64,000 bases of DNA from Takakia lepidozioides (lineage: Eukaryota > Plantae > Bryophyta), in assembly GCA_030704615.1 (NCBI GenBank), contig CM060734.1, positions 46,128,001 to 46,192,000 of the forward strand, given 5' to 3'. Below are positions 1-13,200 of the stretch, in pieces; position 1 is the stretch's first letter, and each line of letters starts with the position of its first letter. The position numbers were made by a program, and so were the translations under genes. The notes under the pieces were generated by a model. It saw nothing but the letters and a program-made list of their open reading frames with translations. It did no database searches and had not been told where the DNA came from.

Positions 1-645
1 CTCTCAGCAGAGAGACGCTTCTCTTCAAATCTATCAAGGGAATTGTGCCTGTACCTCTGTTTACCAACTCTGAAAGTCTCGAGGCTGAGCCAAAAGCCCA
101 GGCCCTTTTGGGGCCTAGTTATTGGGCAAACCACACACAGCAGATGGATACTTGTGTAAAGGGATTTCTAGAGGATATCTGGAAAACTTGGATCAATTGT
201 CTGTTCCAAGGTAGGTCTACCTTTGAGCAGCAAACAGATGCAGAGAGGCAAGGGGGATTGCAAATGCCCACTGTGAGGGCAACCTGAAGACAATATTCAG
301 ATTCTGATTCATTGTCCTGGGTACTCTCACCAGAGAGACGCCCCCTTCAAATCCATCAAGGGTTTTGTGCCTCTACCTCTATTTACCAACTTTGAATCTT
401 GAGGCTGAGCCAAAAGCCCAGGCCCTTTTGGGGCCAAGTTATTGGGCAATTCACCCACAGCAAATTGATGCTTGTGTAAAGGGATTTCTAGAGGTTATCT
501 GGAACAGTCGGCTCAGTTGTCTGTTTCAGGGTAAGTCATACCACCACCGGTGTAAGCCCCTGAAGGTAGTTTCTGTCCCTTTGTGTTCCACTCAGACTGG
601 GCGTGGGTCAATGGCCACAAGGCTACATCTTATGAGTACATTTTC
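1..645 (+). mobile_element. LINE family A 3' fragments, two tandem partial copies, in a CalS intron
   Basis: 1-210 and 230-640 both align to 62220-62680 (VPLFTNFESLEAE.KAQALLGPSYW, GGCCACAAGGCTAC...GAGTACA). Confidence 0.85.
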
Positions 646-850
646 TATCCTCAGACTGGGAGCCCACCCTGACCTCCCCAATGCCCTTAGAAGAGAGGGA
701 GATAGAGCTGCAGACAGGTAATTAGGCCGCAAGATCCTATCATCACGTAGAACCAAGAATGTCTCCTGATAGAATTGCAGTTTTGTTGTTAGAGTGGCTG
801 GCTTCCATGTACACCTGATGCATCTCCAAACCTGACAATAGAAACTTTCC
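645..850 (-). mobile_element. LINE family B internal fragment
   Basis: TWKPATLTTKLQF...RDDRILRPNYLSAA matches 7075-7200 on the opposite strand. Confidence 0.75.
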
Positions 851-939
851 AATATCCCTAAGATTGGTTCATCTCCTACTAACTACTTTCCCAACCATTG
901 TTGGAAAAGATGTTGTCCAGAGTGTACAACACCGAAGTT

Positions 940-1030
940 GCGGTCTTTCTTTCTGCGGACGTTATAAAGCACCATTTCATTTCATTTCATTTCATTTCTA
1001 CACCAGACGTTATAAACTACTATTTCACTT
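940..1030 (+). mobile_element. LINE family B extreme 3' end with (CATTT)n tail and a second mini-terminus
   Basis: CTTTCTGCGGACGTTATAAAGCAC(CATTT)5C is followed by CAGACGTTATAAACTACTATTTC. Confidence 0.75.
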
Positions 1031-1255
1031 GTGACTGCTACTATCTAGTGAATGAGTATACCAATCAACTAACACCTACACACTAATCAAATTCTGAACC
1101 ACTCACATCCAATCACATACTCTTGGAAACAATCAAAGTGGACACTTTCCGTAGGCTGAAGAATTCAAATAGTATCCATTGTAAATGCAAAAACTTGACA
1201 AACCAAGTCAAAGAACTCTTCATCTCAATTTTCACACAGAGGAAAAACACTCACT

Positions 1256-4200
1256 TGAGCAAGTGGGCCAGTACTCGCTGCCCTAGTGTTACAAATGTGC
1301 TCTCTTGCATCGACATGAACCATGCCAACGATGACACACTGCAGAATGACAAAGCTCAGAGGTTATGTATTAACTAAAAGCCTTCATGAACACCTATAGT
1401 AAACAGACCAGCTGCTGTAAATTATTCCAGACATCCTTTGGATAGGACTGGCCTACTCTCTCACCTCTCTGCACAATTCTAGGTTTTTAAGCATTTCCCT
1501 GTAAATATCTTAGATGCAGCTGGAAGGTAACAAAATATTCTCCATCCTTTTCAGTTCCAAAGTTTGGTTACATACTTAGACTCTTCCTTACCTTCCTGTG
1601 AAGACATGCTCACGAACACCAAGGATAGAAGGGCGGTGTAGGCCATGATGCTTGTCAAACTCCTCAAGCAAGTTCCGCACCTTGAAAGTTTCCTCCAAAT
1701 AGTTGTCCTATATCAAAAACCAAAATGTCTTACCGATCAGCATCTGGCCTAATAAAGGAAAGTACCAAAGATCATTCTACCCAGATATCCACGAACCAAT
1801 ATCCCCTGAAGTAAATCTTGAGAGAACATTCTAGCCATTAGGTACCTTTGCACCATGCTTCTTCATGATCTTAGTCTAATTCTGCATTTTCATGCACTTC
1901 AGGGGACTAAAAACACTGAACTTGAGCTGAGGAAATTTTCATACTCCCCAAGTAGCTCAGCATCGTTTCACACAGACCACACACAGAGGGGCCACCCTTG
2001 GTCCCAAACTTAGTCTGCAAAACTAAAAAAATATACCTGGTTCATGTCGATTGTTTGAATCGCATCTCCACGAGTGAAAATAATGGCATGGTTCTGATTC
2101 TCAGGCTTTCCTTCACCTAGTTTGACATCACCAGGCAGTTTGATTGAATAGATTTCCTGCCATAAATTCCCCCCAACCCACCCCCTCCAGTCAGTTCAAT
2201 AATAGTATGGATTTGCTTCCTAGGCTTCCCTTTGCCTAGTTTCATTTTGGCGGGTAGTGTGATTGAATATATATGCTACCATCCAAGAGATCACCCCCTT
2301 CCCCCAAATGCGTAAGTCTTGGCAACACTAGGAGCTGTAACGAGTCTGCCCTGACTGAGGTTCACTCTCTAAAGATGGTTTTGACCGCATCAAACAAATT
2401 GTATTGGCTCTTAATACCATCTGCATGACACTGGAACAGTAAACTTAAATAAATACTTCCTGCAGCTTGTGAAATATAAAAGCACCTGTGATAGAATAAA
2501 TGGCTGGACATACATCCAATATGTAGACCACCACTAACGTCGAAAATGGATTTTGTTTTAGTACAGGGCTGAGTTCATGTCCAATCAGTTAGGCAAAAAT
2601 ATGATTCCTACTCCCTGGTGCACTAGGTTGCTCTAGCATGGCAGTGAGTGCATTAAGACAGTACTATGGGTATATACAAACTTAAGGTTGGTTGCCGGGC
2701 TTCTTTCATAATTATAAAATACTCTAAGCCTGACCTGGTCTATCCCACTTGCATCAGCTTTCACAAGCTTCGAGAAGTATGCCCTGCTTATCCTTCCCTC
2801 GTTCACCGTCTCCACCACATCAATGTAGGCAATCCTCAATGAGTCATTCCTGTCAGAAGTAGAACTTGGGATTATATGCTGGTCATAAGATGTTCAGTCC
2901 CTGTCGAAGATATTGATATTGCTAGATAACAGGGTAGAATATTGACAAAATAACTGAATAACGAGGACTTATTCAAGGTGTGCATTCCATGTTCCTCTTT
3001 GATCAAATGGTGAACCATATGTGGAGCTTGTGATGGTAATCAACGCAGCGAACAGGAATACAAATAGAAGAAAATTATTTAAGCAGAAAGACAGGGCCGT
3101 AGCCTGTATCAAGCATGCGTGCACGTGACACTTACAAGAAAGAAACTGTTCTAACCTGCCATACCTGCCATACCTGATAGAGGAGTCCTGAAAATATTTT
3201 TCCTATCACTCACTTTTGCATGAGATATGAGATATCTGCAGCCCGAATGTCACGGGCACGCTTTTGCTGACCATATATCTGGCATGTGACAACATACGTA
3301 AACTTCAACTCTGCTTGGGCTCGTGCACTCCGCACCATCGTCCCTTGTGCGTGCACCAAAGACAATGGCAAACCCTCCTCTATATCTGTGAACCAATACA
3401 AAACTGCATTAAAACCAGCATGGACAGAGTGACTATCAAGTCTGACTCAACTACAGGCACGAGTTAGGATTTCCATGGATAAAGAATAAAGTATAAGTCA
3501 TTCGCTAAAGTTAGATAATATAGTACCAGTCACGAGTGAGATGGTCCTTCTAAAACTAACTGACCTAAAAGATGGAGGATTGCATGTGCCAGATGGAATT
3601 ACCCATGCAAGAATTGCCCACCCATGGGTGGTATTCCACACAGTAAACATTCTCTACAAAAAGATGCCCACATCCCCAACACAAGACCTTCACATCTGCT
3701 TTGGATAGGCAGCACATTGGGGAAATCAAATGGCTCATTGCTAAGGGATGAGTTAACAGTTGAAATACCAAAGAGAGGTCAAGACCAATTTAACCTGTGC
3801 TTGATGCCCCTTCTTGCGAGGCCTGCAGAATAAGCGCCCGTTTATAATACATCATTCCACGAACTGTCACAAAAACACAGTCTATCTGTCAATCAAACTA
3901 CAGAAATAGAATATTCGTTAAGCTCAAGTAGATCACAAGCCCCTCTGACCGATGGAGTGATCCATATATATCACCAGTATAATAACGATATTATTCATGT
4001 GAAGAGGGGCACAAGAGATTGGGAATACCTGTTCGAGCCAGAGTCTGGCCACGATAAGAGGCCCAAAGGCGCAACTCCTGGACATCTAGTATGTCCTTCT
4101 CCAACTGCAGCTCCAGCTCATCTTCTCTCAGACGGATTCTTTCCAAAAAGTTCCGCCATTCATCTTGGAAGTCCAAAGTCAAACCAGCACGAGGCAGGTT

Positions 4201-7200
4201 GACCGTGTCAACGTAAGTAAAACAGCATGCAGAGTTTAAAAGAGATGGAAGCAAGGAACACAAAGGCATCAGAACCATTCAGCATTATAACCTCCCCCAG
4301 TGGTGTGACCATGGGGTTAACTATTATCAACTTGAAATGTCAAAGAAACTCTTGTGCTGGAACAACATATCGAAAATTGAAGACAAAAAATTTAAAATCA
4401 CATATATTGATAACCTGCAGGAAAATTCCCATGCATTTATTTCATGATAGAAGAAATTTATTTCCCAATGGAGCTCACCTCTTTCATCCATAAAAGAAAC
4501 AGCTATGCCAATGGAACAAAAAACCCGTGAAGCCACACATTTTTCTGCATGAATAAAACAGAGAAAATACCAGGAAAAATTTTCTGCAGATAAAACAATA
4601 TGGTAATGCCATCTTCATTCTCCGTTCTTAACTGATCCTTGCTATACATAACATCCTCGCTGTAATATGGCGTAAATACACTGCACGAACCCACAAGCCA
4701 ATAATATTCCCATTCAAGCTTTACAATCTAAGATTCAGGCTGTTGGCAATAAATGAAATGAAATGAAATGAAATGAAATGAAATGAAATGGTGCTTTATA
4801 ACGTCCGCGGAAATCTCAGAGCTTATGGGAAAAAATGGAAATGAAATGAAATGAAAGAACGGATTAGTACCTGGAAAGGACTGAAAGCGACGGAACAGAA
4901 GGTCATATCTTTGGACTCCTTTAATGTCTTATTTTTGCTCCGTGGGATGCCTTAGCTGTTCTCAAGTTGTGTTTGTATCCAGAAAACATCCTACTTCAAG
5001 TGCAACCAATATGACTATTTATGAACACTTAGAAGGATCACCTGAAAGAAAACATTTTGCGAATGGGTGGAGGTTCCGGCATATGCATGAACAACGAGTT
5101 GGTGAAGAACTGCAACCGTCGCCGCGCCTCCAGATTGCGGGGGATATTTAAGGCCGAGTCTTTGATCGTCAAAAGATAGTTGAGTCGTGTTACATTTCTT
5201 TGCTGTTCAATTAAAGACACATAATATCAATTGCACAAATTTCCAGACATCCCTAGCTTCCTGACCATAACAGAGCCATTACGAACTAAAACCTGCAACT
5301 ACAAGACAATAACAGGAATTGGTCCAACTACAAACATATATGCATACATACCACATCGCCAACAGGCCAAGTCAGATTAGTGAAGAGCCGTCCTTCCCGC
5401 CTTGCAGCCTGTAGAACTGACCATCCTTCAAACTTGTCCCTGAAGTTTGAAAGAAAACAAGATACTAAAAATGAGGCCTTCATAGAAGTAGTTCATGGAA
5501 TGGAATTAACAGAGAACGGAATTAATACATTCTGTCATAATGTTTGCATATAATGTTTGCATTATATGAAATCCAGTAATTGAAGAGTGCGACATCAAGA
5601 ATAAAAAGCCTTGTGCAGAAATTACAAGAATTGCATGAGCACTTTTTAGCAGAGTCAAGGAGATGCCAGATTAGAGAAATACAAATATGGTAAATGAAAT
5701 GAAATGGTACTTTATAACGTCTGCAGGGAAAAGGAACAAGAAAGAGAGAAGGGCCCTCCACAAGCGGCCCAAAAGCAACTATTGTCAACAGATTGAGTAA
5801 GAGGCGAAGCCTCATGCAGGTACACTGCCAATCATTTCTGATCCTCGTAGTGAAACACCTCCACGAGAGATTGGGTATCACATAGGAAAGTAACTTTATT
5901 GTGTCCACAGGGGGCCATGAGGGAAGGCTTGAACAAAGATATGAACATCTGAGGATACATCAAGTGACGCCCTAAGATGAAGGGCCTCAAGCAGGCCACA
6001 AAGCACTTCGGAATGGGAAGAGAAAGAAACTTGGTCACATATTACACTTTCTCGCATCCACAGTGGGTCATGAGGGCACAAAATGGAAGAAACCTGAGAT
6101 CTTGAGAAAGAAAATCATGCATGACCATTTCATACAGATCCTGTAATGCCCGCACTGCCAGCCTTTGTTGCTCTGGAGATTCCTCCTGTACCTGAAGCAA
6201 TGGCATAGCAATAAACTAAAAGCATGAACATTGACAAATGCAATGATTAATCTTCAACAGCCAGGTCTACTTCCATTGTACCTAGCAAGGGTGGAATTGA
6301 TCATCGTCCAAGGGCCTGCTCTGAAGACATGAGAGCCTATAACCATGTAAAACACTTTTGTATCTGGTGCAAATTCAAGGGAAGCTCCAGCCCATAATGA
6401 AAGAGTTCCACAAGCTGGACAGATAAAACCACTGGGTCATTGTAACAAAGCCTGGGTCCATTAAGCCCCATGAGTTGTTTCCCTTTGTCCCATGGCTCCT
6501 CATCCCAGTGTATGATGAAACGATGCCCTTTTTCCATTCTCCTCCCTTGAGCAACTTTCGGGCTACTTGTGGCCAGGGCCAATCTCTTTCATGTTTCTTT
6601 CATTCTCCCACCAAAAAGTGGCTGTTCGACTCAGTTGTCACTGCTACCGCCACTTATGGCTGAGAGTTCTGCCCACCTGATGTCTCGGTTTCCTGGTGGG
6701 AAGAAAATCTAGAACCACTACAATTGTCTTTACCCCAAGGAATGCTTGGAGCTAGAGGGACAACACCATCACAAATTCTACGTGTAGAATTTGCATGCGT
6801 TCCACTTCAAACCAAGGCCATCTTCCATCCTTACAATCTCTTACAAGGTTACAAGCCCTTACCCTAAAAGGATTCACAGCCCAAAAAACATCTACCAGGC
6901 TCCAAACAGCTGGTTTTAAGCATTCTTGGTATGCCTGGGTGTCAGACTATTTTGGCCGCAATGGACTCCCCATTGCTTCCCTACTGCCACAAATACAGAG
7001 GGGGTGGATATTCCGTCCAAACAAGACTGCAATAGATGCATCAGAAGAGAACTTATGGAACTGCACATCAAGCGGACATGGAAACCAGCCACTCTAACAA
7101 CAAAACTGCAATTCGATTCTTGATTCTACGTGACGATAGGATCTATCTTGCGGCCAAATTACCTGTCTGCAGCTCGATCTCCCTCTCTCCTAACGGTATT

Positions 7201-10200
7201 AATGACGTTCAGGGTGGGCTCGCACAATCTGAGGATATACACTGGTAGGACGGAAAATCTGCAACGCGTAGACCAACTATGCCCCAGTTGCACTGCAAAC
7301 TACAGGGAGATTGGAAGTGAAGCACATTTCTTATTTCACTACCATCTATACTATGAGATCCAAGGGAGATTCAATTGTCTACTTTGGGTAGGCCCAATCT
7401 CTCAGAGGTCTTCCATTACGAGGATTAGAATGCTTGGCAGTTCACCTGCATGAAGCATTGACTATCAGACAATCCCTTGAGAGTTTCACGCGAATGTTAC
7501 AAAGTACCATTTTCATTTCATGTCTCTTGTCCCATAAGCTTTTGAGCTTTCCACATATGTTATTAAGAACTTTTGTGCCTCACCAATTTTTCCACTGCAC
7601 AGGGATTAATACTGTAGTTACAAGGACCATGCCTTGCAACATTATTAGGCCCGTATAGGTGTGGCGAGGTCAGCTAGGCTATAGCCAAAGAGGCAACACA
7701 CGAACAAGGAGGGTGGGTAGACTTTGTGGAAGAGCGGCAAGGGGTTTAGTGGAAGGGCAACTCCAACCATGTTAGAACTTCAGAACCAATTCGCTTTCGC
7801 AACTCAAAGGGAGCCTCTCAGTATGCTCTAGAACAGCTAATGTGGCTGTCAGGCTGGTTTGGTATAGCGCCCTTGAGCTGTTGACGTGTCAGATGGTGGG
7901 GTCAGTTGAATGCTCGCCCAGATACCCTAGGATTTGCGACTATATTTCTTGGAAGCAAGAACGTCCTGTTAATCAGGTGAAGTTCCAGTGGAAAAGGGTA
8001 GAAGAGATTTTCAAGTACCCGAATATTAGGGAGGAAGAACTGACCAAGCTAGATGAAGCTGACTTGGAGGCTGAAGTGACTAAGGCAATGTCAGAAGCAC
8101 AAAGAATGCCAGAACAAGACGTAGTTAGGCAAAAAACTTCCCTGAAATTGTTTCCAGTTTCTGACATGGGTGAGGATCCTAGGGTGATCTGAAGGGCCTA
8201 CCTCACCTCGGCATTAAACTAGACTGAACAATAATCAGATGCCACGAGGAAAGGGAGATTGTCAATGCACGACATGCAGGCAGACTGTAAAACAAAATCG
8301 ATTTTCTGAAACAAATGTCCCGGGTATTCCCATCAAAGAGCGACCCTCTTCAGGACCATCAGGAACATAGTCCCTGCAACTCTAATCACTAACTTTCAAA
8401 CTCTCGAGGCTGAGTTAAAGCCTTGGCCCTGTCGGTCTGATTGCTGGGCAGTTCACACACAGCAGATTGAAATCTGGAAAGCCCAAACTATTTGTTTATA
8501 TCAAGGTAAGTCCAACTACTGGAGTGAGCCCCTCACAAAGGTTGTGTCTGTTCCCTCTTGTTCCGCTCAAACTGGGGGCAGGGTCTATGGCCACAAGGCT
8601 ACGGTAAGCAACAACTTACAAGTATATTCTTAAGGGGAAATGGAGAGAGGGATCCAGAGAGACTTGAGAGACGGTCATCCACCCTCTCCAAAAGACCAGT
8701 GACAAATTAGGCCGAGATACTTCAAAACAATCACAATTTCAAACTTAAACTGCTAGGTGCTTTGGTGAGCTCTCGAAAAACATAAGCTCCCAGACTATTT
8801 AGAAAATAGTCTGCAATAGAAATTGATTTGAGCTTCATCGAAACCGTTAGGGTTCAGTTTATGTTTGAACTCAACTGGCTACAAGAAGAGTAGTGTCCTG
8901 CAGTGATACCCCTCACGGCGAAATTGCGACTTTTGTTCAACAGTCAAACAGCCAATAAGTAAGCGTGAAAATGATAGCACCAAAACAAAAGCGTGAGATG
9001 ATGGATGGCTCATGCCATCACAGAAACAGCATGCCTGCCAAACAGGAAAACCAAACTGTTTCAGATGAGCTTACCAAAACTTGAGAGAGAACTGCTGTCC
9101 GTTCCAGCACCCCTGTTAGCCTATTCAAATCGAAAAAGCCAGCAAAGGAGCTGTCTCCAAGAGCACTTTTGATGTCCCCGTAAACACTTTTCACCCTGTC
9201 TCAAAAGACAAATAAAAATAAACTCAGAAATTGGAATAGGTTAAGAGGAAGGGTGGATGGTGGTGAGCTATGATCATCATGACAGGATTCCGAAGAACTA
9301 AATTAGATGATAAAATACTAAACTGCACAGATATCTCATTAGATCTGAATACTATAAATGCTGCCACAGAAACCTACAGAGGAACCAGAACAAACCATTC
9401 AGCCCCAGCCTCATTCAATAATGCCAGCAACACTGCTTCCAAGGTTTGAAAGGTCTCCTGTACAGCGAAGGCCATATAGTCATCACGCTTTACTCTTTCC
9501 CACAGCTCCTCCTGTGTGGCATTCCTATGCTCTAAGGCAATGTCCACAGCAACGTAAACCTGCATACAGCAACACGCTGAAAGGTTTAGATGACTACAAT
9601 AAAACATTCCACTCCCTGCCTTTGTTTTGGATCAGGCCACAACCGCACGAGTAGAAGCAAAATGCACAAGCACCAGAACACCAGCATCCAACAAGAAGGG
9701 TCACAAGAATGGCAAGCCCACACATTGGCAAACAACCAGATACTGCAGACAGGGAAAAAGATAAGCTCCAAATACTACAAATAAGTGGGCAGGGACCAAC
9801 ATACACTGACAAGACCAGCTAGCACTCCAGTTACAGATTCCCACTCACATAGATTACATACAGCAAGGACAAGCAAGAAACCAAGTAAGACAGACCCAAC
9901 CACCCAGGGACTCCATGTACTAATGAAGTGGAGCAGAGTGCAACCATTCATTGTTGCTCTGCTAAGGACAACGAAACAAATGTAAAACAAGATCATGAAT
10001 TTCAAATAAATTCCATTAGTCTTTTTGGTGCATGGAACTCAATAGATCGACTAAAAATTTCGGTTGCTCCCAAAAAAGTGATTCAGTCAATATATACTCA
10101 GAAACAAAGCTAGACGCTCAGGTGGATTAATCCATAACCTTGTTTGCAAGTAAGAACAATGGCCACTGGACCAACGAGTTTTGCACCCCGTTCACATAGG

Positions 10201-13200
10201 TAATCCGATTGTCAGGCATCATCAGCAACTCTTTCTCCCTGCACCACAAGCCTCCCACAAAACAAGCAGGATACTTAGAAATACATAATGATTTCCTGCA
10301 GTCATTGCTTGGATCCATGTGCAACTGAGACATGGTATCAAGCTTAAAAATCAAACGGGAAAATACATTGGTAGAGGGATACTTGAGTCAGTCTAGTCAC
10401 CAGAAGACAGGCACTGTCCGAGGGATAATAAAATTAAATGACCCTGGGGGGGCCTGACAGCTAAGAGGACTTCATCTACATTGAACTGCCATGGCATACA
10501 TGACATGAATCACTGTTTTCGTCAGAGAGCGAAGGGAAAGGGCCAGGGGAGTGCCAAGGTTAATGTGTCTTAGCACAAACACAGTACCTGTTGTTGATAA
10601 GATCCTCTTCTCGAAGGCTACAAATAATGTCATTCCAAAGGGGTGCAAACTTGATTGCATCCACTTTGGCCTTGGTAGCCTGCAGAGTCCATCAAAGACC
10701 ATCACTTGAGTACAACCCAACCTCTATCAAGCTGGGGAGGCCACAAATCAAGTCTCTGCCGCCCCAAAAACACAGGTGACAGTTCAAAGGTGGAGGTTTA
10801 AAGAAGGTAATGACTTGTTCAAACATCTATATCCAAATGATCAGATGTCTAATGTATCATTCATTCATTCCTTCAAACACATATTAGTGCAGGTACACCA
10901 TGTTCAAGTCTCAAAAGAACTGCTAAACCCCTCCATAACATTCAAAGCCTGCAACACATTAGAAAGAGCTTCATCTGCTAAGGGTGACATAAAGCAGACT
11001 GAACTTTAAGGGGCCTGAACATTTTTTACAGTTTCACAACCAAGAGGGAGGTACATGATCTACAATGTCACAAACTAAAACAGTTCCACCACCGCACCGG
11101 ATTGCTTAGTGAAAGACTCCTTGACCTGCAAAATAAACAACAGAAGACCAACACATTTCTTATAAAGAGAACCCAATACACAAACTCAACATGGAAACTC
11201 AAATAGAAAGGCTAATAACAAGAACGTAAGAGAAGAGAGATTCCCTTCTACTAGCGTACATGAAACAAATATGTTAACTACCAGAACATTGACCCTTGCC
11301 AGCTGCTCTCCCTTCGCCCATTGGGCATCCAAAGAGGTAATAAATTTCTTTCATTACTTCCCTTGGTGAGAAGGGAGACAAACGCAAAACACTATGCAAA
11401 GTAAGACTAAAATGCATCCACATACAAGGGAATACAAGAAAGCCACTACGGCATGGGAGGCCAAAGGGGGGAAAGAGGAAATGAAATGATATTTTGCAAC
11501 ATCCCGCAAAGCATAAAGAGCTTACAGGAAAAGAAATGAAATGAAATGAAATGGTACTTTACAACGTCCGCGGAAAGCTCAAAGAGCTTATGGGACAAAA
11601 TGGGAAAAACAAGAGAGAGGAGACAAAACCCGAAGCCAAAAAGCAGCCCAAAAGCAGCTACTGCTCAAGGGATTGCCTAAGGGTTGCAGGTAAGCTGCCA
11701 AGCATTTCTGATCCTCACAATGGAAGACTTCAGTGAGAGATTGAGTCCCACGGAATAGACAGTGGAATCTCCCACGGATCTCATAATACAGAGGGCAATA
11801 AAAGAAGAAGTGTTCTTCCAATTTCCTGGTTGCGCAGAGAAAGCATGAAAAAGAAAGCGAGAAGGGCCCTCCACAACCAGCCCAAAGACAACTATCGTCA
11901 AAGGGATTGTCCAAGAGTCAACACCTCATGTGCCTACTTTGCAGCTGTCAGCTCGAGAACCATTTCTGATCCTTCAAAGTGAAAGAAGATATGTTCTTCA
12001 CTTTCAATTTCCCTTGCAGGCCTTCGGCCATAACACAACTTTTGGTGTTTGCATACAGGTTGCGAGCTATCCTACACATCTTTCACCTGACCCCAGTAGT
12101 ACAGACAAGCCTCTTTCAAGGCCTCAACGCCTTCCATCTTGACCTCTTCCTTCCGGAATTTTACTATGCGCCACATTCGAATTGAATGTTTCACAGATCT
12201 CTTAGTGCCAAGAATACACCTTTTGATCTCAGTCCAGACAATAAAAGTGGTCAGAAGTATCAATATCAGTTGTACCGACCAACACTTAGGCACGCGGCTC
12301 CTTATCCACTAGATATAATCCAGAACAGACAGCTCCCCAATTTGGTTTTTTCACAAGTCCACTGGAAGGGTCCGCTTTTGACTCTTGTCCTTAGTTCCCA
12401 TGTCTCTTGCCCAGCACAAATGTGAATGCTGTTAGCTTGAACAACTTGTCCCACTTCAGATTGTTTCCTTTGGCTAGTGAGCCCACAGAAGCTAAAGGTG
12501 CCCAGCCATAAGCCAGCCTTTTTCATACGAATTGTCTATCATCTAGGTTGCTTTTGAATGCTCCTAGACATCTAGCAATTCTGCATTAACAGGTCAGCTT
12601 CTTTGCGTGCAGGTTTTGACTGTGAGGATTCGCATGCCATTCACCATGATATATCCTTCAGTCACAGATTGATCAGTCACTGCACACAAAGGCACGTCTA
12701 ACTGACCTGGTCTTCTTACATAATCTTTGGGCTTGGCTTACCACTAGGTTCACCATCCCTAGTAGTCCTCACTGGGTCAACCTCTTCAAGGGCTTCAAAC
12801 AAGTTGGAAACTGTCAGTTAACGTCCCCATCCGTGACTATCTTAGCTCGGCCATTGAATCACCAATGTCTAAGGTAGTTCTCCAACCAGTCAAGGATCCA
12901 ACTTCTCGAAGTTTAATTTGCTGTGGGACTCTAAACTTAAGCTAGTTTTCAAGGACACGATGTCCATCCTGGAATTCCTACCAAAAATTACTGAGGAAGA
13001 TAAAGTTGTGGCAGCAGTAACCGGCTCCCAGGAATCACCCTTGGGAATGTGAGCATTATCTGGAAAAGGAGTTGTATTTATAGCACGTAAGAGATTTAAA
13101 CATAAGGGTACACCCTGGCCCAAGTGTTAAGCATGAAAACCAGAGCATGCAGTGCCCTCAAGCAATAGGGATCCGGGTGATACTATTCAGAGATCATCAC

